From a virus (lineage: Duplodnaviria > Caudoviricetes): 52,576 nucleotides of DNA. Shown piece after piece: positions 9,428 through 19,067 of the stretch; the stretch's first letter is position 1, and each line of letters begins with the position of its first letter. The translations under genes and the position numbers were made by a program. The DNA lies in the IMG/VR virus record IMGVR_UViG_3300047560_000375, positions 1-52,576 of that record; one strand, given 5' to 3'. The notes beneath the pieces are model-generated. The model saw nothing but the letters and a program-made list of their open reading frames with translations. It was not told the origin of the DNA and made no database searches.

Positions 9428-9793
9428 TTAACCTGTGAATGTAGCAGAAGCCGCTACAGTTACAGCTTCAACAGCCGCTGTCAAAGCAGTGTCTAAAGTT
9501 GTAGTTGTCCATGCGCCTGTTGGATAAACAGCAATAGCTAATGTGTCGTCTGTTGTATCTGTGTATTCATACATATAGATTGTAGCTAATTGCTGAATAG
9601 TTTGAACTGCTGTGTTCAACTGAGTTGTTGTCAATGCACCTGTGAAAGTGATTGTGAAGAAGTCCAATTTTGGACCTTGTGGTTGAACTGTAGCGCCAGA
9701 TGTAACTGCGTTAACACCGCTGTTTGTGTATGCGAAACTATCGTAGTTAATTAGTGGTAAGTAATCACCATTTGTACGTGTAAATTGTGCCAT
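9428..9793 (-). CDS. Virion structural protein (possible decoration protein)
   Basis: 121 aa, T/A-rich; monocistronic unit with late promoter (9838-9845), AAGGA RBS and terminator. Confidence 0.6.
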   Translation of the reverse strand: MAQFTRTNGDYLPLINYDSFAYTNSGVNAVTSGATVQPQGPKLDFFTITFTGALTTTQLNTAVQTIQQLATIYMYEYTDTTDDTLAIAVYPTGAWTTTTLDTALTAAVEAVTVAASATFTG

Positions 9794-9853
9794 GATATAA
9801 AATCCTTAATATGTTGAAGCCTACTGCTTCATATACTTATTTATGCCTGGCAT

Positions 9854-9892
9854 AAAAAAATCTCGGTTTGACTATCCAAAACCGAGATTTTT
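9854..9892 (-). terminator. Intrinsic terminator
   Basis: AAAAATCTCGGTTT/AAACCGAGATTTTT long stem. Confidence 0.8.
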
Positions 9893-9910
9893 ATCGTTAA
9901 AACTTAGCAT

Positions 9911-11392
9911 TTATTGCGCTACAGGAGCCTTAACTCTTGCAGGACGCTTGCTAGCTTTAGCAAGTTTAGCATCTATATTTGATGCTTGGTTAGGATTAGT
10001 AGGACTTGCTATATGCCTCATTCCTCGGCCTGTTGCAACTTGTGTGCCACCGGTGCTCGTCTGACCACGTGCTGATAATTGTCTTGCCATGTTAGCCATT
10101 GCGCTTGGTTCGCTAGCTGGTTCTGCCGCTGTAGCAGTCGGTAATTGTTTCTCTAATGCCGCAAGAATTCGTTGTTTACCCTTTTTATCTAGTTTACTTA
10201 GCAAGTCTTTCACTTGCATGTAAACTGATTTTTCTTTTTCCTTCGCTTGCGCCGGAGTTGTTACTGCTGATGGTGTTGTAGTTGGTGTTGTTGTTGCAGT
10301 ATCACTTGTAGGGGTAGTTGTATCAGTAGGTGTGTTTGTTAATCCAGCACCCTTTGCAAATGCACTCGCTAATCCACCCTGTGACTGTTGATGTGGTTCT
10401 GTTGTAGCATCTTGTTGACCAGCTGTATCAGAATAAGAAAGAGCATAACCTAGATTAGCTAATTTAGTGAATGCGGCTTTACCTTTATCTTGTTTGTATG
10501 TAGCTTGAACTGCGTCTGCTAATGACTTGATTTGTGCTTGAATGTCAGGTCTGTTGAGATTTACATTCTTCATGTATTTTTTAAAGAATGATTGAACGTA
10601 TGAACTGATGGAGGGCTTTGTAGGTGCTGTAGGTGCTGTAGCGTCTGCCTCATCTATTCTTAAGATAGATTCAAAAATAACGTTTAATTTAGAAAACGTA
10701 TTCTCTTTGAATACAGGTTTTGTTTGTGCTGGTGTATTTGGTTTTCTGTTATTCTTCCATACAGCAGGGGCAGTTGCAACTTTACTAAACGGTGCAGCCT
10801 GCTGATTTGCTGCCGCTGTAGCAGCCGCTTGCTTTTGTTGACGAATATTCTGTGCTTGTATAGCTGGCTGATTTGCAGGTAATTTACTGACGGGAGCCAT
10901 TTGTTGTTGTGCAGTTTGAGTAGCTGCCGCTTGCTTTTGCTGTCTAATTTGCGCCGGCGTTAATTGTGTAGGTTGTGTAGGGGCAACTTTATTAACAGGC
11001 TTCATTTGCGCTTGTGCATTTTTTGCGGCCAGTGCTTGCTTTTGTTGTCTGATTTGTGCAGGTGTTAGTTGACCTGATACGTTATTAGGCTCGCTCGGTG
11101 TTACAGTAGGTGCGGGTGACGGTGTCTGTTGCTGTTGAACAGGGGGTGTGGGCTGGGCATTACTTCCCATGTCAACTAGACCACTTTCAATTGCGCTTGC
11201 TAAATCGGTTGATGCTCTGCCTACGAAATCGCTGATATACGTATTCTTAGCCATTTTATCTTTGACTGATAACTGGCCCTCGCCTCTACCTAACAATCTA
11301 TTTCCGACTTGCTGTGTGCCAGCGGCTCCGAAGCTACCTATAACATGGCTTAAGTCTAGTTCTTGTAATTCTTTAAATTCATTCAGTTTCAC
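9911..11392 (-). CDS. Low-complexity Q/A/P/T-rich protein, probable head-internal protein
   Basis: Start MKLNEF; QLTPAQIRQQKQA repeats; PT-rich linkers. Confidence 0.55.
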   Translation of the reverse strand: MKLNEFKELQELDLSHVIGSFGAAGTQQVGNRLLGRGEGQLSVKDKMAKNTYISDFVGRASTDLASAIESGLVDMGSNAQPTPPVQQQQTPSPAPTVTPSEPNNVSGQLTPAQIRQQKQALAAKNAQAQMKPVNKVAPTQPTQLTPAQIRQQKQAAATQTAQQQMAPVSKLPANQPAIQAQNIRQQKQAAATAAANQQAAPFSKVATAPAVWKNNRKPNTPAQTKPVFKENTFSKLNVIFESILRIDEADATAPTAPTKPSISSYVQSFFKKYMKNVNLNRPDIQAQIKSLADAVQATYKQDKGKAAFTKLANLGYALSYSDTAGQQDATTEPHQQSQGGLASAFAKGAGLTNTPTDTTTPTSDTATTTPTTTPSAVTTPAQAKEKEKSVYMQVKDLLSKLDKKGKQRILAALEKQLPTATAAEPASEPSAMANMARQLSARGQTSTGGTQVATGRGMRHIASPTNPNQASNIDAKLAKASKRPARVKAPVAQ

Positions 11393-11627
11393 GATTTTTC
11401 CTTAAAGATTTTGCAAATCTTTGTTGGTCTCTGCTTTTAATGGCGCTTAAAAGTTTCTTTTCAAGAATTTGAGCTTTTTCGGCTGGATAATGACGATTAA
11501 TCATCTCCAATAGGTGTATTGCACTAGCAATGATATTGCTAGCCCTACTCTCAATAACATGTCCCGTATCACGGTTATTTCCGAGTGCTTCTAATTCCTG
11601 CAAAAGGGAGCGAGTTTGTTTTTGCAT
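11379..11627 (-). CDS. Hypothetical late protein
   Basis: 82 aa; AGGA RBS and CATAAATA upstream. Confidence 0.65.
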   Translation of the reverse strand: MQKQTRSLLQELEALGNNRDTGHVIESRASNIIASAIHLLEMINRHYPAEKAQILEKKLLSAIKSRDQQRFAKSLRKNRETE

Positions 11628-11670
11628 ATAATTATCCTACAAGTATTTATGCTATTTCCAGAATAATTAT
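11628..11670 (-). promoter_or_regulatory. Late promoter in the loop of an RBS-sequestering hairpin
   Basis: Minus strand ATAATTATTCT...AGGATAATTAT (11 bp, one G-U); CATAAATA at 11644-11651. Confidence 0.6.
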
Positions 11671-13106
11671 TTCTTTAAGGAATTCAATAGTGATTTGAGC
11701 TTAGTGCTCTGTACGTCAACTACGACATTTTTGCTCAATGGTTCCGGCATTATTTCTCCGGTAGATTCGTCTATAGTTGACTGGGGTTTAATTCTACTCA
11801 TAATGTCGTTAGGGCTTGGACTGGGTTTATATTTTGCTTGTTGTTCAGCATATCCGTCCGGATCGCTATCAGAAATTCGCATAGTTTCAATATCATAGTC
11901 CAAGTCAATCTTCATACCCACGCCCGTTGAACTACGTGATTTCATACATTGAATTTGATACTTACCCTTCTCCCGCATGTGACGGCTTGTAAAGATACCG
12001 AACACGTTATCTGCTGTGTTAATCTTACTAATACCACCAGCAATGTGACTGTGGTCGAATTCGATTTCATCGACGGCTGAACGATTTAACTGTGATGCAG
12101 TTACTAACAATATTCCTAGTTCTTTAGCTAAGTTACGCAATTCTTCTGCTACATACTTGTCTTTGATAAACTGGTCGTTAGGATTAACTTTCACAGAAAC
12201 TGGCATGACCAAGTCTAAGTAATCGACCATCACAAAGTCAACTTTGATACCTGTTTGAATCTGTACTTCTTTTAAGTAACTACGAATGTCATTGACGTTA
12301 CTCTGAGCAGGTAATGCTTTGACACGATATTTACCTGCATGTTTTGAAACCATCTTAACTTTCAAGTGTGTTGAATCAATGTCTTTGCGAATTGATTTAG
12401 TTCCTTGATTAGTCAACATAGCATCAGTACGCAAACTTGTTAGTTCTTCTGAAAGTTCTAGTGTGATGTAAACACCACTCATTCCAACTTGCAACCAATT
12501 CAATGCTAAGTTCATCATAACAAGTGACTTACCTGAACCTGAGCCACCTGCAAAGATGTTCAATTCACCACGGCTCATACCACCATAGAGAATCTTATCC
12601 ATTTGGGGCCAGCCAGTAGATACTTGTCCACCTGCATTAAAGTATTTGTTGATACGTGCCTTAGGATCAGCAAAGTAATCAGTACCCATGTCTTTCTGTA
12701 GACTAATCTGTACTGCGTCCTTGATTAGTTTTTCAACTGGTGCGAACTCACCCTTCTCAAGCATATCAGCGGCTTTAAGAATAGCACGTTCTAATTCTTG
12801 TCTTTTAGTGAATGCTTCAAACGCATCTAAGAACCACTCGTTGTGTCCTTCATTCAATTCAGGTATCGGTTCAATGTCAACACCTGTCATCGCTTGAATC
12901 TGAGTGCGATCAGGCAATACTTTGTATTTGTCTGTATGTTCTTTGTACATTTCAGCCACTGGTCTAAGTGACTTGTCAAAATTCTCACTGTTCATAATGT
13001 TCATAACCCGAGTATATAACTCAGCGTCAGACAACATCATTCTCAAAAATAATTTTTGTACGTCCGGTGTATATTCTATTTGTTTAGAATCCGTTTTGTT
13101 TACCAA
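11667..13106 (-). CDS. Replicative DNA helicase (DnaB/T4 gp41-like)
   Basis: Walker A GGSGSGKS, ITLEL, VDYLDL, TASQLNR, KSR. Confidence 0.92.
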   Translation of the reverse strand: MVNKTDSKQIEYTPDVQKLFLRMMLSDAELYTRVMNIMNSENFDKSLRPVAEMYKEHTDKYKVLPDRTQIQAMTGVDIEPIPELNEGHNEWFLDAFEAFTKRQELERAILKAADMLEKGEFAPVEKLIKDAVQISLQKDMGTDYFADPKARINKYFNAGGQVSTGWPQMDKILYGGMSRGELNIFAGGSGSGKSLVMMNLALNWLQVGMSGVYITLELSEELTSLRTDAMLTNQGTKSIRKDIDSTHLKVKMVSKHAGKYRVKALPAQSNVNDIRSYLKEVQIQTGIKVDFVMVDYLDLVMPVSVKVNPNDQFIKDKYVAEELRNLAKELGILLVTASQLNRSAVDEIEFDHSHIAGGISKINTADNVFGIFTSRHMREKGKYQIQCMKSRSSTGVGMKIDLDYDIETMRISDSDPDGYAEQQAKYKPSPSPNDIMSRIKPQSTIDESTGEIMPEPLSKNVVVDVQSTKLKSLLNSLKK

Positions 13107-14058
13107 TTTTCTTCCTCTGCATTTCTATCTTTATTTTACTATTAGTTGCATTCTGTATGATACTTAGTAGGGTAGGTAGTTTGCCATATTTAACTACCGC
13201 ATCGTTCACATCCTTCACATCATTATCCCAATTCGGCAAGCTAACTTGGTAGCCTAGTTCTAGTGCCCTATCACACATTTTCATTCCCGTAGCATCACGA
13301 TCGGGTACTACAATAATTTGTTTATTCAACGTTCCCAACAATAACGCTTGATCCGAGCTTATGTCATCGTGCATCACTGCTACGCCGTCAATACTCAATG
13401 CGTCAAATATACCTTCTGTTAAAATACAAAATTGCCATTCGGGTTTTTGAATATCGATATTGAATACATATCCCTGTTGTTGCTCATTAATGTATTTTGG
13501 AATTTTGTTGTCTAAGAATCTACTCGTATGTCCTACGATTTTATTCTTATATGTGTATGGTATAATGACACGGTTTGCCATTCTACCTTTTTCATGCGGT
13601 GTGATTAAGAAGGGATATTCACTAGTATCTATCTTGCGTTTGTGCAGATAGTCTACGTATACTTTGTGTTCTGTGTTGTTTTGGTCAACAAGTTCACCTT
13701 CAGGTAACTCGTGTTCGTCAAATTTTATTTTGATTTTCTTTTTAGGTTGAGTGAAGTCCAGTAAGTCTTTGTGTTGTAAACTTTCTAAACTCCATCTTTG
13801 TACTTGCTGTTCATCGATTCCGCACCACACTAATAAGTTGCGTGTTTTTGAATTGATACTACGACCTAGTGTGAAATTGCACTTGAAACCACAATTGAAA
13901 CAATGCATTGTCCAGTTGTGTCCATCAAATTTGATACCACCTCGCATACGCTTATCGGATCTATGCCCGAAGTGGTTGCAACAAACTGCGTTGAAACTTG
14001 TCCAACCACTTGACGTTTGTTTTTTCTTACCGGGTATTATAGATAGGATATCAAACAC
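13084..14058 (-). CDS. DNA primase (Zn finger plus TOPRIM; gp61-like)
   Basis: CC...HCFNC zinc site, TEGIFD, PDRD, KDVND; adjacent to the helicase. Confidence 0.88.
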   Translation of the reverse strand: MFDILSIIPGKKKQTSSGWTSFNAVCCNHFGHRSDKRMRGGIKFDGHNWTMHCFNCGFKCNFTLGRSINSKTRNLLVWCGIDEQQVQRWSLESLQHKDLLDFTQPKKKIKIKFDEHELPEGELVDQNNTEHKVYVDYLHKRKIDTSEYPFLITPHEKGRMANRVIIPYTYKNKIVGHTSRFLDNKIPKYINEQQQGYVFNIDIQKPEWQFCILTEGIFDALSIDGVAVMHDDISSDQALLLGTLNKQIIVVPDRDATGMKMCDRALELGYQVSLPNWDNDVKDVNDAVVKYGKLPTLLSIIQNATNSKIKIEMQRKKIGKQNGF

Positions 14059-14064
14059 TATGAC

Positions 14065-14093
14065 AGTATAACGTTTTGCTTACAGAAAATCAA
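14065..14093 (-). promoter_or_regulatory. sigma70-type promoter, leaderless to the primase gene
   Basis: TTGATT-N17-TATACT-N6-GTG. Confidence 0.65.
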
Positions 14094-14107
14094 CTATTGT
14101 GGTTGAT

Positions 14108-14872
14108 TTATCTTGCCAATATGTTTGTAACTGCACCTGCATTGCTTGTGAATTGCATTCTGATATAAGGATGGTATCCACGGATTGTGTAACCTTTGGT
14201 TTCAGTGACGTTTGCTAAATCAACTTCTGTTGTGATTGGGTACCAGTCAGCGTCAACTACAGTAGAACCTTCAATGACTACGTTTCCATAATATTCCGTA
14301 TAGTGAGTTTGGATAGTCAATATTGGATTATCATTTGTAGTGATTACACTAGTGTAATAGATATGGTTAGATGTGTTTGCGTTGTTTGTATTCGGGAATT
14401 GCTGACCAGTTGGTATTGTTACTGGATAGCTAGGAACAAAGCTAGGCAACACTGAATTAACAATATTCATGTCACCACGAGCGCCTGCATTCTGATCCAC
14501 GAAAACAGGATAATCAAATTGCCCAACTGGAATCTCTAATGAATAGTATGCTTTTTGTGCGTCAATATCTTCGAGTTCAGCTGGATTTACAAACAATGCA
14601 CAAATACCAGTTGCGGGTAATTGTAGAGTCAGTGCCTTTTGTAACAATACTTCGTTACCCTCACTGTTGATAATTCTACACGTGATTTCTTTCCCTGTAA
14701 TATCAACAGGTTTTTGCTCTTGGTTTAAGAACTGGAATTGAATCTGGTTGTCAACTCCCTTATGTAGGGTTAAAGGTTTGGCGTAGACTGGCATATATCT
14801 CCTTGGTGAATTGCCTGACAATAGTACGACAATATTTCGCTGAAAGTAATTAAAAACTGCGGTTGAATACAC
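14108..14872 (-). CDS. Beta-rich virion protein (baseplate-associated type)
   Basis: KGVDNQIQFQFLNQEQKPVDITG Ig-like pattern; late promoter at 14894-14900 with AGGAG RBS. Confidence 0.5.
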   Translation of the reverse strand: MYSTAVFNYFQRNIVVLLSGNSPRRYMPVYAKPLTLHKGVDNQIQFQFLNQEQKPVDITGKEITCRIINSEGNEVLLQKALTLQLPATGICALFVNPAELEDIDAQKAYYSLEIPVGQFDYPVFVDQNAGARGDMNIVNSVLPSFVPSYPVTIPTGQQFPNTNNANTSNHIYYTSVITTNDNPILTIQTHYTEYYGNVVIEGSTVVDADWYPITTEVDLANVTETKGYTIRGYHPYIRMQFTSNAGAVTNILAR

Positions 14873-14893
14873 AAATGTAGGCTCCTGATAATG

Positions 14894-14941
14894 TATTTAG
14901 CTTTATAAACTTTTTGTGTTTGGTTTGCCCGATACTAAATA
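14894..14941. promoter_or_regulatory. Divergent pair of late promoter motifs
   Basis: CTAAATA on the minus strand (14894-14900) and CTAAATA on the plus strand (14935-14941). Confidence 0.55.
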
Positions 14942-14959
14942 TATTGACTTTTGAGTACA

Positions 14960-15340
14960 ATGATACAAAACGAATTTTTTAAGAAACTCAGCGAAAACCA
15001 CCCCTTCATCACAGTATGTTCATATGCCAACCAAGATTACGTTGGGATAGTTCAAAACCGTGATGACATGGTTACCACTATATATGATTATGGATCTATA
15101 ATTGATCCCTTGATAAAAGAAAAATTCCTAGAATTAGGTGATGTTTGGTGGTGGGAAAGTAATAGACTTATTCCTATTAACTTATTTCTAAAGGAAGAAT
15201 GGGCCCTGTTTAGGCCCTATCTAAGAACATTCAATAACAAAAGTTTAGTTATCGTACACGGACCTGTTTGTAGTATGGCTGAATTAAACAAACGCAGGTC
15301 TAAGCGCCGCTCTATCACATTAGTAAAAAGACTACCTTAA
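14960..15340 (+). CDS. Hypothetical protein with a basic C-terminus
   Basis: Lone plus-strand ORF filling the gap; WWWESNR motif; KRRSKRR tail. Confidence 0.7.
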   Translation: MIQNEFFKKLSENHPFITVCSYANQDYVGIVQNRDDMVTTIYDYGSIIDPLIKEKFLELGDVWWWESNRLIPINLFLKEEWALFRPYLRTFNNKSLVIVHGPVCSMAELNKRRSKRRSITLVKRLP

Positions 15341-15558
15341 AAATCTGTATTCTCTGACAGATATTTGTCAAATCTTTCAACGGCTTCGTTAAAGTCAATA
15401 GCCCAGACTTTTGCCTTCATAATACTTCCAACAATTTCCATATCAAACGGAATCGATCCGTTGAATCTGAAACTATCAGGGACTTCTACTTCTATGATAA
15501 ATTCCTGTAAATTTTTAGCTCTGAAAATTAAATTGGTTGCCATGTCTGCTGAATTCAT
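15337..15558 (-). CDS. Hypothetical protein
   Basis: 73 aa; ATGA overlap with the upstream gene and AGGAGA RBS. Confidence 0.6.
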   Translation of the reverse strand: MNSADMATNLIFRAKNLQEFIIEVEVPDSFRFNGSIPFDMEIVGSIMKAKVWAIDFNEAVERFDKYLSENTDF

Positions 15559-16127
15559 GTTGATTCTCCTAGTAAATTCATATGCACTACGACAAGATGT
15601 GCATAGGCAACTGCGTGACTACGTTTGAATGTGTAGCCGTCTGTGCCCTTATCCCATACTGTTTTAGAAATGTCAGACCATGATTGACCTATCAAATGCT
15701 TTTTACCTGGACGAATGATTGCTAAAAACATAGCTAGTCTGGGTATGCTATCGATTGGTTCGGGCATTTTTTCTAAGTTATAGTATTGATTATTTAAGTG
15801 AATTAGCTTCTCTACAAAATCTTTATCATTGAGTTTAGACCAATCTGGATCACGCATTAATGAATGTAAGTGTTGTTCATCTTTTACGTTTTCATAAACA
15901 TGAACATTCAGTAAGTCTAATTTGAAATAGCCACGCTTTTCTGCCTCAACATAATCGATACTAGCCATGTCAGTTGCAGGATCATATGGTACATCAGTAA
16001 TGTAAACACCCGTAGCATGATGACGAATAGGTTTAACATTACGCATTGCCGCACGTGTGTGTTGAATTAGTTTCAATAATTCATCACGATTGCCAAAGTC
16101 AATATCTACGTCTGAATCTATTCTCAT
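15555..16127 (-). CDS. Miniature DNA polymerase III alpha (DnaE, family C)-like protein
   Basis: DVDIDF, HATGV, GYFKLDLL, RPG and YTFKRSHAVAY match DnaE motifs in order within 190 aa. Confidence 0.8.
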   Translation of the reverse strand: MRIDSDVDIDFGNRDELLKLIQHTRAAMRNVKPIRHHATGVYITDVPYDPATDMASIDYVEAEKRGYFKLDLLNVHVYENVKDEQHLHSLMRDPDWSKLNDKDFVEKLIHLNNQYYNLEKMPEPIDSIPRLAMFLAIIRPGKKHLIGQSWSDISKTVWDKGTDGYTFKRSHAVAYAHLVVVHMNLLGEST

Positions 16128-16684
16128 CTTGGTGTTACCAATCCTGCTTTCATTAATTTCATATATCCCTGTTGTACAACAATCGCTTGTCGTTCAGCAT
16201 CTTCCACAGCTTTGTGACTAGTTGAATGACCACCGTCTTTTAAACTTACTTGAGTAACTTCGTACAATGTTCTTGTGTCTCGCATTGACCAGAAGGGCCA
16301 GGGGATAGGGTTGGGTTTATCACTAACCTGTCTCCAGGCATGCTCCATAACGATAAGGTCAAATGGAGCGCCATTAGACCAGACAGCACGGCGATTCCAA
16401 CAAAACTTATAAAGGGTCTCCATGCACTCTTTAAACGGGATTCTACCTTCTTCACTGAATGCTTCTTCGAGGGCAGCCGGGTTTTGTTCGCTCCACCACC
16501 GTAATGTATCTTCATTTATGCTCCTATTATATATCTCAGTTTGATCCTCTACTGTAGGTTTTAACTCAAGTCGTTCTACAACACCTGAACCTTTAGGATC
16601 AAATCTAACTGCACCAATAGAAAGAATAACACAATCAGGTGTTGTGTTCAAACTCTCAATGTCAATCATAATATCATTTGCCAT
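16124..16684 (-). CDS. DEDDh 3'-5' exonuclease
   Basis: IMIDIES, WSNGAPFD, RDTRT, HKAVEDA. Confidence 0.88.
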   Translation of the reverse strand: MANDIMIDIESLNTTPDCVILSIGAVRFDPKGSGVVERLELKPTVEDQTEIYNRSINEDTLRWWSEQNPAALEEAFSEEGRIPFKECMETLYKFCWNRRAVWSNGAPFDLIVMEHAWRQVSDKPNPIPWPFWSMRDTRTLYEVTQVSLKDGGHSTSHKAVEDAERQAIVVQQGYMKLMKAGLVTPR

Positions 16685-16685
16685 T

Positions 16686-16931
16686 TTATTCCCAGCGTAG
16701 TAAAAATAATGTTAAATCTGCATCGTTGCATAAGACAATCTCTCCCATTTCTGTATTGTCAATCCAACGATTGTCACCTGTTTCTTCTCTGTATCCGGAC
16801 TTACCAAATGTTTCAACACACCAGTTGTATATTTCAGATGCATCTACTTCTCCCTTACCTTTCCAAGAAATAGTATGGATGTTTTTTTTACTTCCATAAT
16901 AACGTTCTGTTTTGTGTGTGAAACTGCTCAT
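16686..16931 (-). CDS. Small FxLRW-family protein
   Basis: WCVETFG...LTLFLLRWE. Confidence 0.75.
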   Translation of the reverse strand: MSSFTHKTERYYGSKKNIHTISWKGKGEVDASEIYNWCVETFGKSGYREETGDNRWIDNTEMGEIVLCNDADLTLFLLRWE

Positions 16932-17296
16932 TGTTTTAATACGTGTACAATATACTTTTTCTCTAACCTATCGGTGAATGTTTCAACATCATCCATGTTG
17001 TCAAACACTGCACCTAAAACTTCTCTGGGATCTTTTATATCACCACTTCTACGAATGCATTCCATCAAATCTTGTGAAGTTGATGTTGCTAACAATGTAG
17101 AACTCAACCACAACACATAACCGTTTGTTAATACGATTCCTATTTCCCAACTCTTAGAATCGTTAGCAATCATTTCAACTAACACATACAACTTTTCAGA
17201 ATATACATCTAAGCCAGTGATGTGGTTGTTCCAAGTAACTTTGTACTTGCCTTTGATTATTTCTAATTCACAGAGGTCAGTTTTTCCACATTTCAT
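16928..17296 (-). CDS. Hypothetical protein (lacks the array motif)
   Basis: Fills the gap with an ATGA overlap; start uncertain. Confidence 0.55.
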   Translation of the reverse strand: MKCGKTDLCELEIIKGKYKVTWNNHITGLDVYSEKLYVLVEMIANDSKSWEIGIVLTNGYVLWLSSTLLATSTSQDLMECIRRSGDIKDPREVLGAVFDNMDDVETFTDRLEKKYIVHVLKQ

Positions 17297-17555
17297 AAGT
17301 AAACTTTGCTTTATCGCCCCAGACTTCAACGTACAATATACCGCCTGCTAACCAAAAATCCCATCCACTGTGTCGCTCACCTAAATTTCTGCGACACCAC
17401 TTGATATGTTCCATTTCATTAATTTTACGAAAGTTTAAATCAATTTTATATAACACGTGACCATTGCGTGTGTCCCGTTCTACACCGCTACGGTCTTCTT
17501 GTTGACCATATTGTTGTAACGGGGCGAATGTTCCTGTGCTTGTTCCTAATGCCAT
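17277..17555 (-). CDS. Small FxLRW-family-related protein
   Basis: KWCRRNLGERHSGWDF...FTYEMW. Confidence 0.6.
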   Translation of the reverse strand: MALGTSTGTFAPLQQYGQQEDRSGVERDTRNGHVLYKIDLNFRKINEMEHIKWCRRNLGERHSGWDFWLAGGILYVEVWGDKAKFTYEMWKN

Positions 17556-17773
17556 TATTGATACCTCAATGCGAACCATGTCGCCAATTCTTCTTTGTAA
17601 AACTTGAATATTGTATGTCGATTATACACTGCATCACCTGACCAGTCATCGTATTTGGGCTTGTGATATTCAAAGTCAAAGTCTATACCCTGAACATACC
17701 CTTGACTTCGTAGTTCTCTGACAATATCTAAGACTTCACTAGGAAGCCAATCTACTATTTTGACTTCTTTCAT
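17555..17773 (-). CDS. Small FxLRW-family protein
   Basis: FKFYKEELATWFALRY. Confidence 0.75.
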   Translation of the reverse strand: MKEVKIVDWLPSEVLDIVRELRSQGYVQGIDFDFEYHKPKYDDWSGDAVYNRHTIFKFYKEELATWFALRYQ

Positions 17774-18018
17774 TCTGGAAACATTATCCTAAACCAAGTA
17801 GCATACTTATCTTCTTGGAACGTAAGGTTCCAAACTGTCACGTGGCCCCTATAAGTCACGCCGTGCCCTTCCATTTCTACTTCTTCTGTGCCTTTCTTAG
17901 CAATCCAACCTTCTCCGCCGATTGAGTTGTGAAGGTAGTGAAGTCTCGGGCCTACATTCTTAGCAAGCCAGTTTTCGTGTTCACCGTATAGTTGTTTGAT
18001 TTTAATTGTGACCGCCAC
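17770..18018 (-). CDS. Small FxLRW-family protein
   Basis: WLAKNVG...LTFQEDKYATWFRIMF. Confidence 0.7.
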   Translation of the reverse strand: MAVTIKIKQLYGEHENWLAKNVGPRLHYLHNSIGGEGWIAKKGTEEVEMEGHGVTYRGHVTVWNLTFQEDKYATWFRIMFPE

Positions 18019-18264
18019 TTATCCTCCCCATCTTAGTGCGGCTAGTAAATAATCACGCTCGTGTCTAAATTTTGATTTAATCATGCCCTCTTCGATTTCC
18101 CATAGTGCATGACGTTCACAATTGTCAATCGCTTCATATAACCAAATAATAAATTCTGAACACACTTCATCTTCTTTTTCTATAGGAAAATGCACACGTA
18201 GTTCATACCAACCTGGCTTCATATCAACCCAATTTTTATTGTAGATTACGTTATGAATTCTCAT
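18019..18264 (-). CDS. Small FxLRW-family protein
   Basis: WLYEAI...FRHERDYLLAALRW. Confidence 0.75.
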   Translation of the reverse strand: MRIHNVIYNKNWVDMKPGWYELRVHFPIEKEDEVCSEFIIWLYEAIDNCERHALWEIEEGMIKSKFRHERDYLLAALRWGG

Positions 18265-18527
18265 GCCCATCGCAAAATAAACCATTCCATATCTTTTTGT
18301 TCACGAAACCAAAACCTAGAATTATTTATATACCATCGACCACCGGGAACAAACACACCGCCTTCAGGTCGGGGTCCATATGTTGTCTCACACCATTCTA
18401 CCATTTCATCCCATTCTGTTTTAAACCAAGTTGGAACATCTGCAACAAATTCAGGTTGCACAGTAAAATATCTTGCTCCGTAAACTCGCCCTTCATCAAT
18501 TAATAATGCTTTGTCAATTATCGTCAT
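18261..18527 (-). CDS. Small FxLRW-family protein
   Basis: WCETTYG...FWFREQKDMEWFILRW. Confidence 0.78.
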   Translation of the reverse strand: MTIIDKALLIDEGRVYGARYFTVQPEFVADVPTWFKTEWDEMVEWCETTYGPRPEGGVFVPGGRWYINNSRFWFREQKDMEWFILRWA

Positions 18528-18805
18528 GTGAATCTCAATAAAAAAATAATATATTTTTTCTCGTCCATAATTTTATATCCATCAGTTATATTGCCGTCTA
18601 CTATGTTCATCTTTATACCATAGTTTGCTTCAATGTAATCTTCAAACTCAAATGCATCAAATTGTCCAGCAAGGTCATTCAGTGATTCCATGTACTCTAT
18701 GCGAACTTTTTTTAATGCACTCCAGTAATCCCAGCGTTTCTTACGAAATTCCATTTCTGGGCCATCGTCATCATAATCTTGAAATGATTTAGGAATGTTA
18801 GTCAT
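18524..18805 (-). CDS. Small FxLRW-family protein, YG(I/V) subtype
   Basis: YGIKM...IMDEKKYIIFLLRF. Confidence 0.75.
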   Translation of the reverse strand: MTNIPKSFQDYDDDGPEMEFRKKRWDYWSALKKVRIEYMESLNDLAGQFDAFEFEDYIEANYGIKMNIVDGNITDGYKIMDEKKYIIFLLRFT

Positions 18806-18806
18806 A

Positions 18807-19067
18807 TCAAACCCATCGTAGAATAAACCACTCAGCGTCTTGTTTATTTTCAAACACATAGTCACTACCTAATCTACGATAGTCACCGGTACATGTCCCA
18901 GCTAACCAAATCTGTATATCAGTCGCTTGAGGACCATTCTTAAAATAAAATTTTACAGGTGTCCAACCGGTTTCAATTAACATAGTTGCTATGATTCCTT
19001 CATCAATTTCTTTGGCAATTTGTTTGCCAATCTCATCCATCATTTCTTCTTCTAGTGTTTTTCTCAT
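18807..19067 (-). CDS. Small FxLRW-family protein
   Basis: WLAGTC...FENKQDAEWFILRW. Confidence 0.78.
   Translation of the reverse strand: MRKTLEEEMMDEIGKQIAKEIDEGIIATMLIETGWTPVKFYFKNGPQATDIQIWLAGTCTGDYRRLGSDYVFENKQDAEWFILRWV

Noticed and set aside
10800-11080. QIRQQKQA repeats as a DNA repeat element
   Set aside because: Synonymous divergence shows these are protein-level repeats in a low-complexity region
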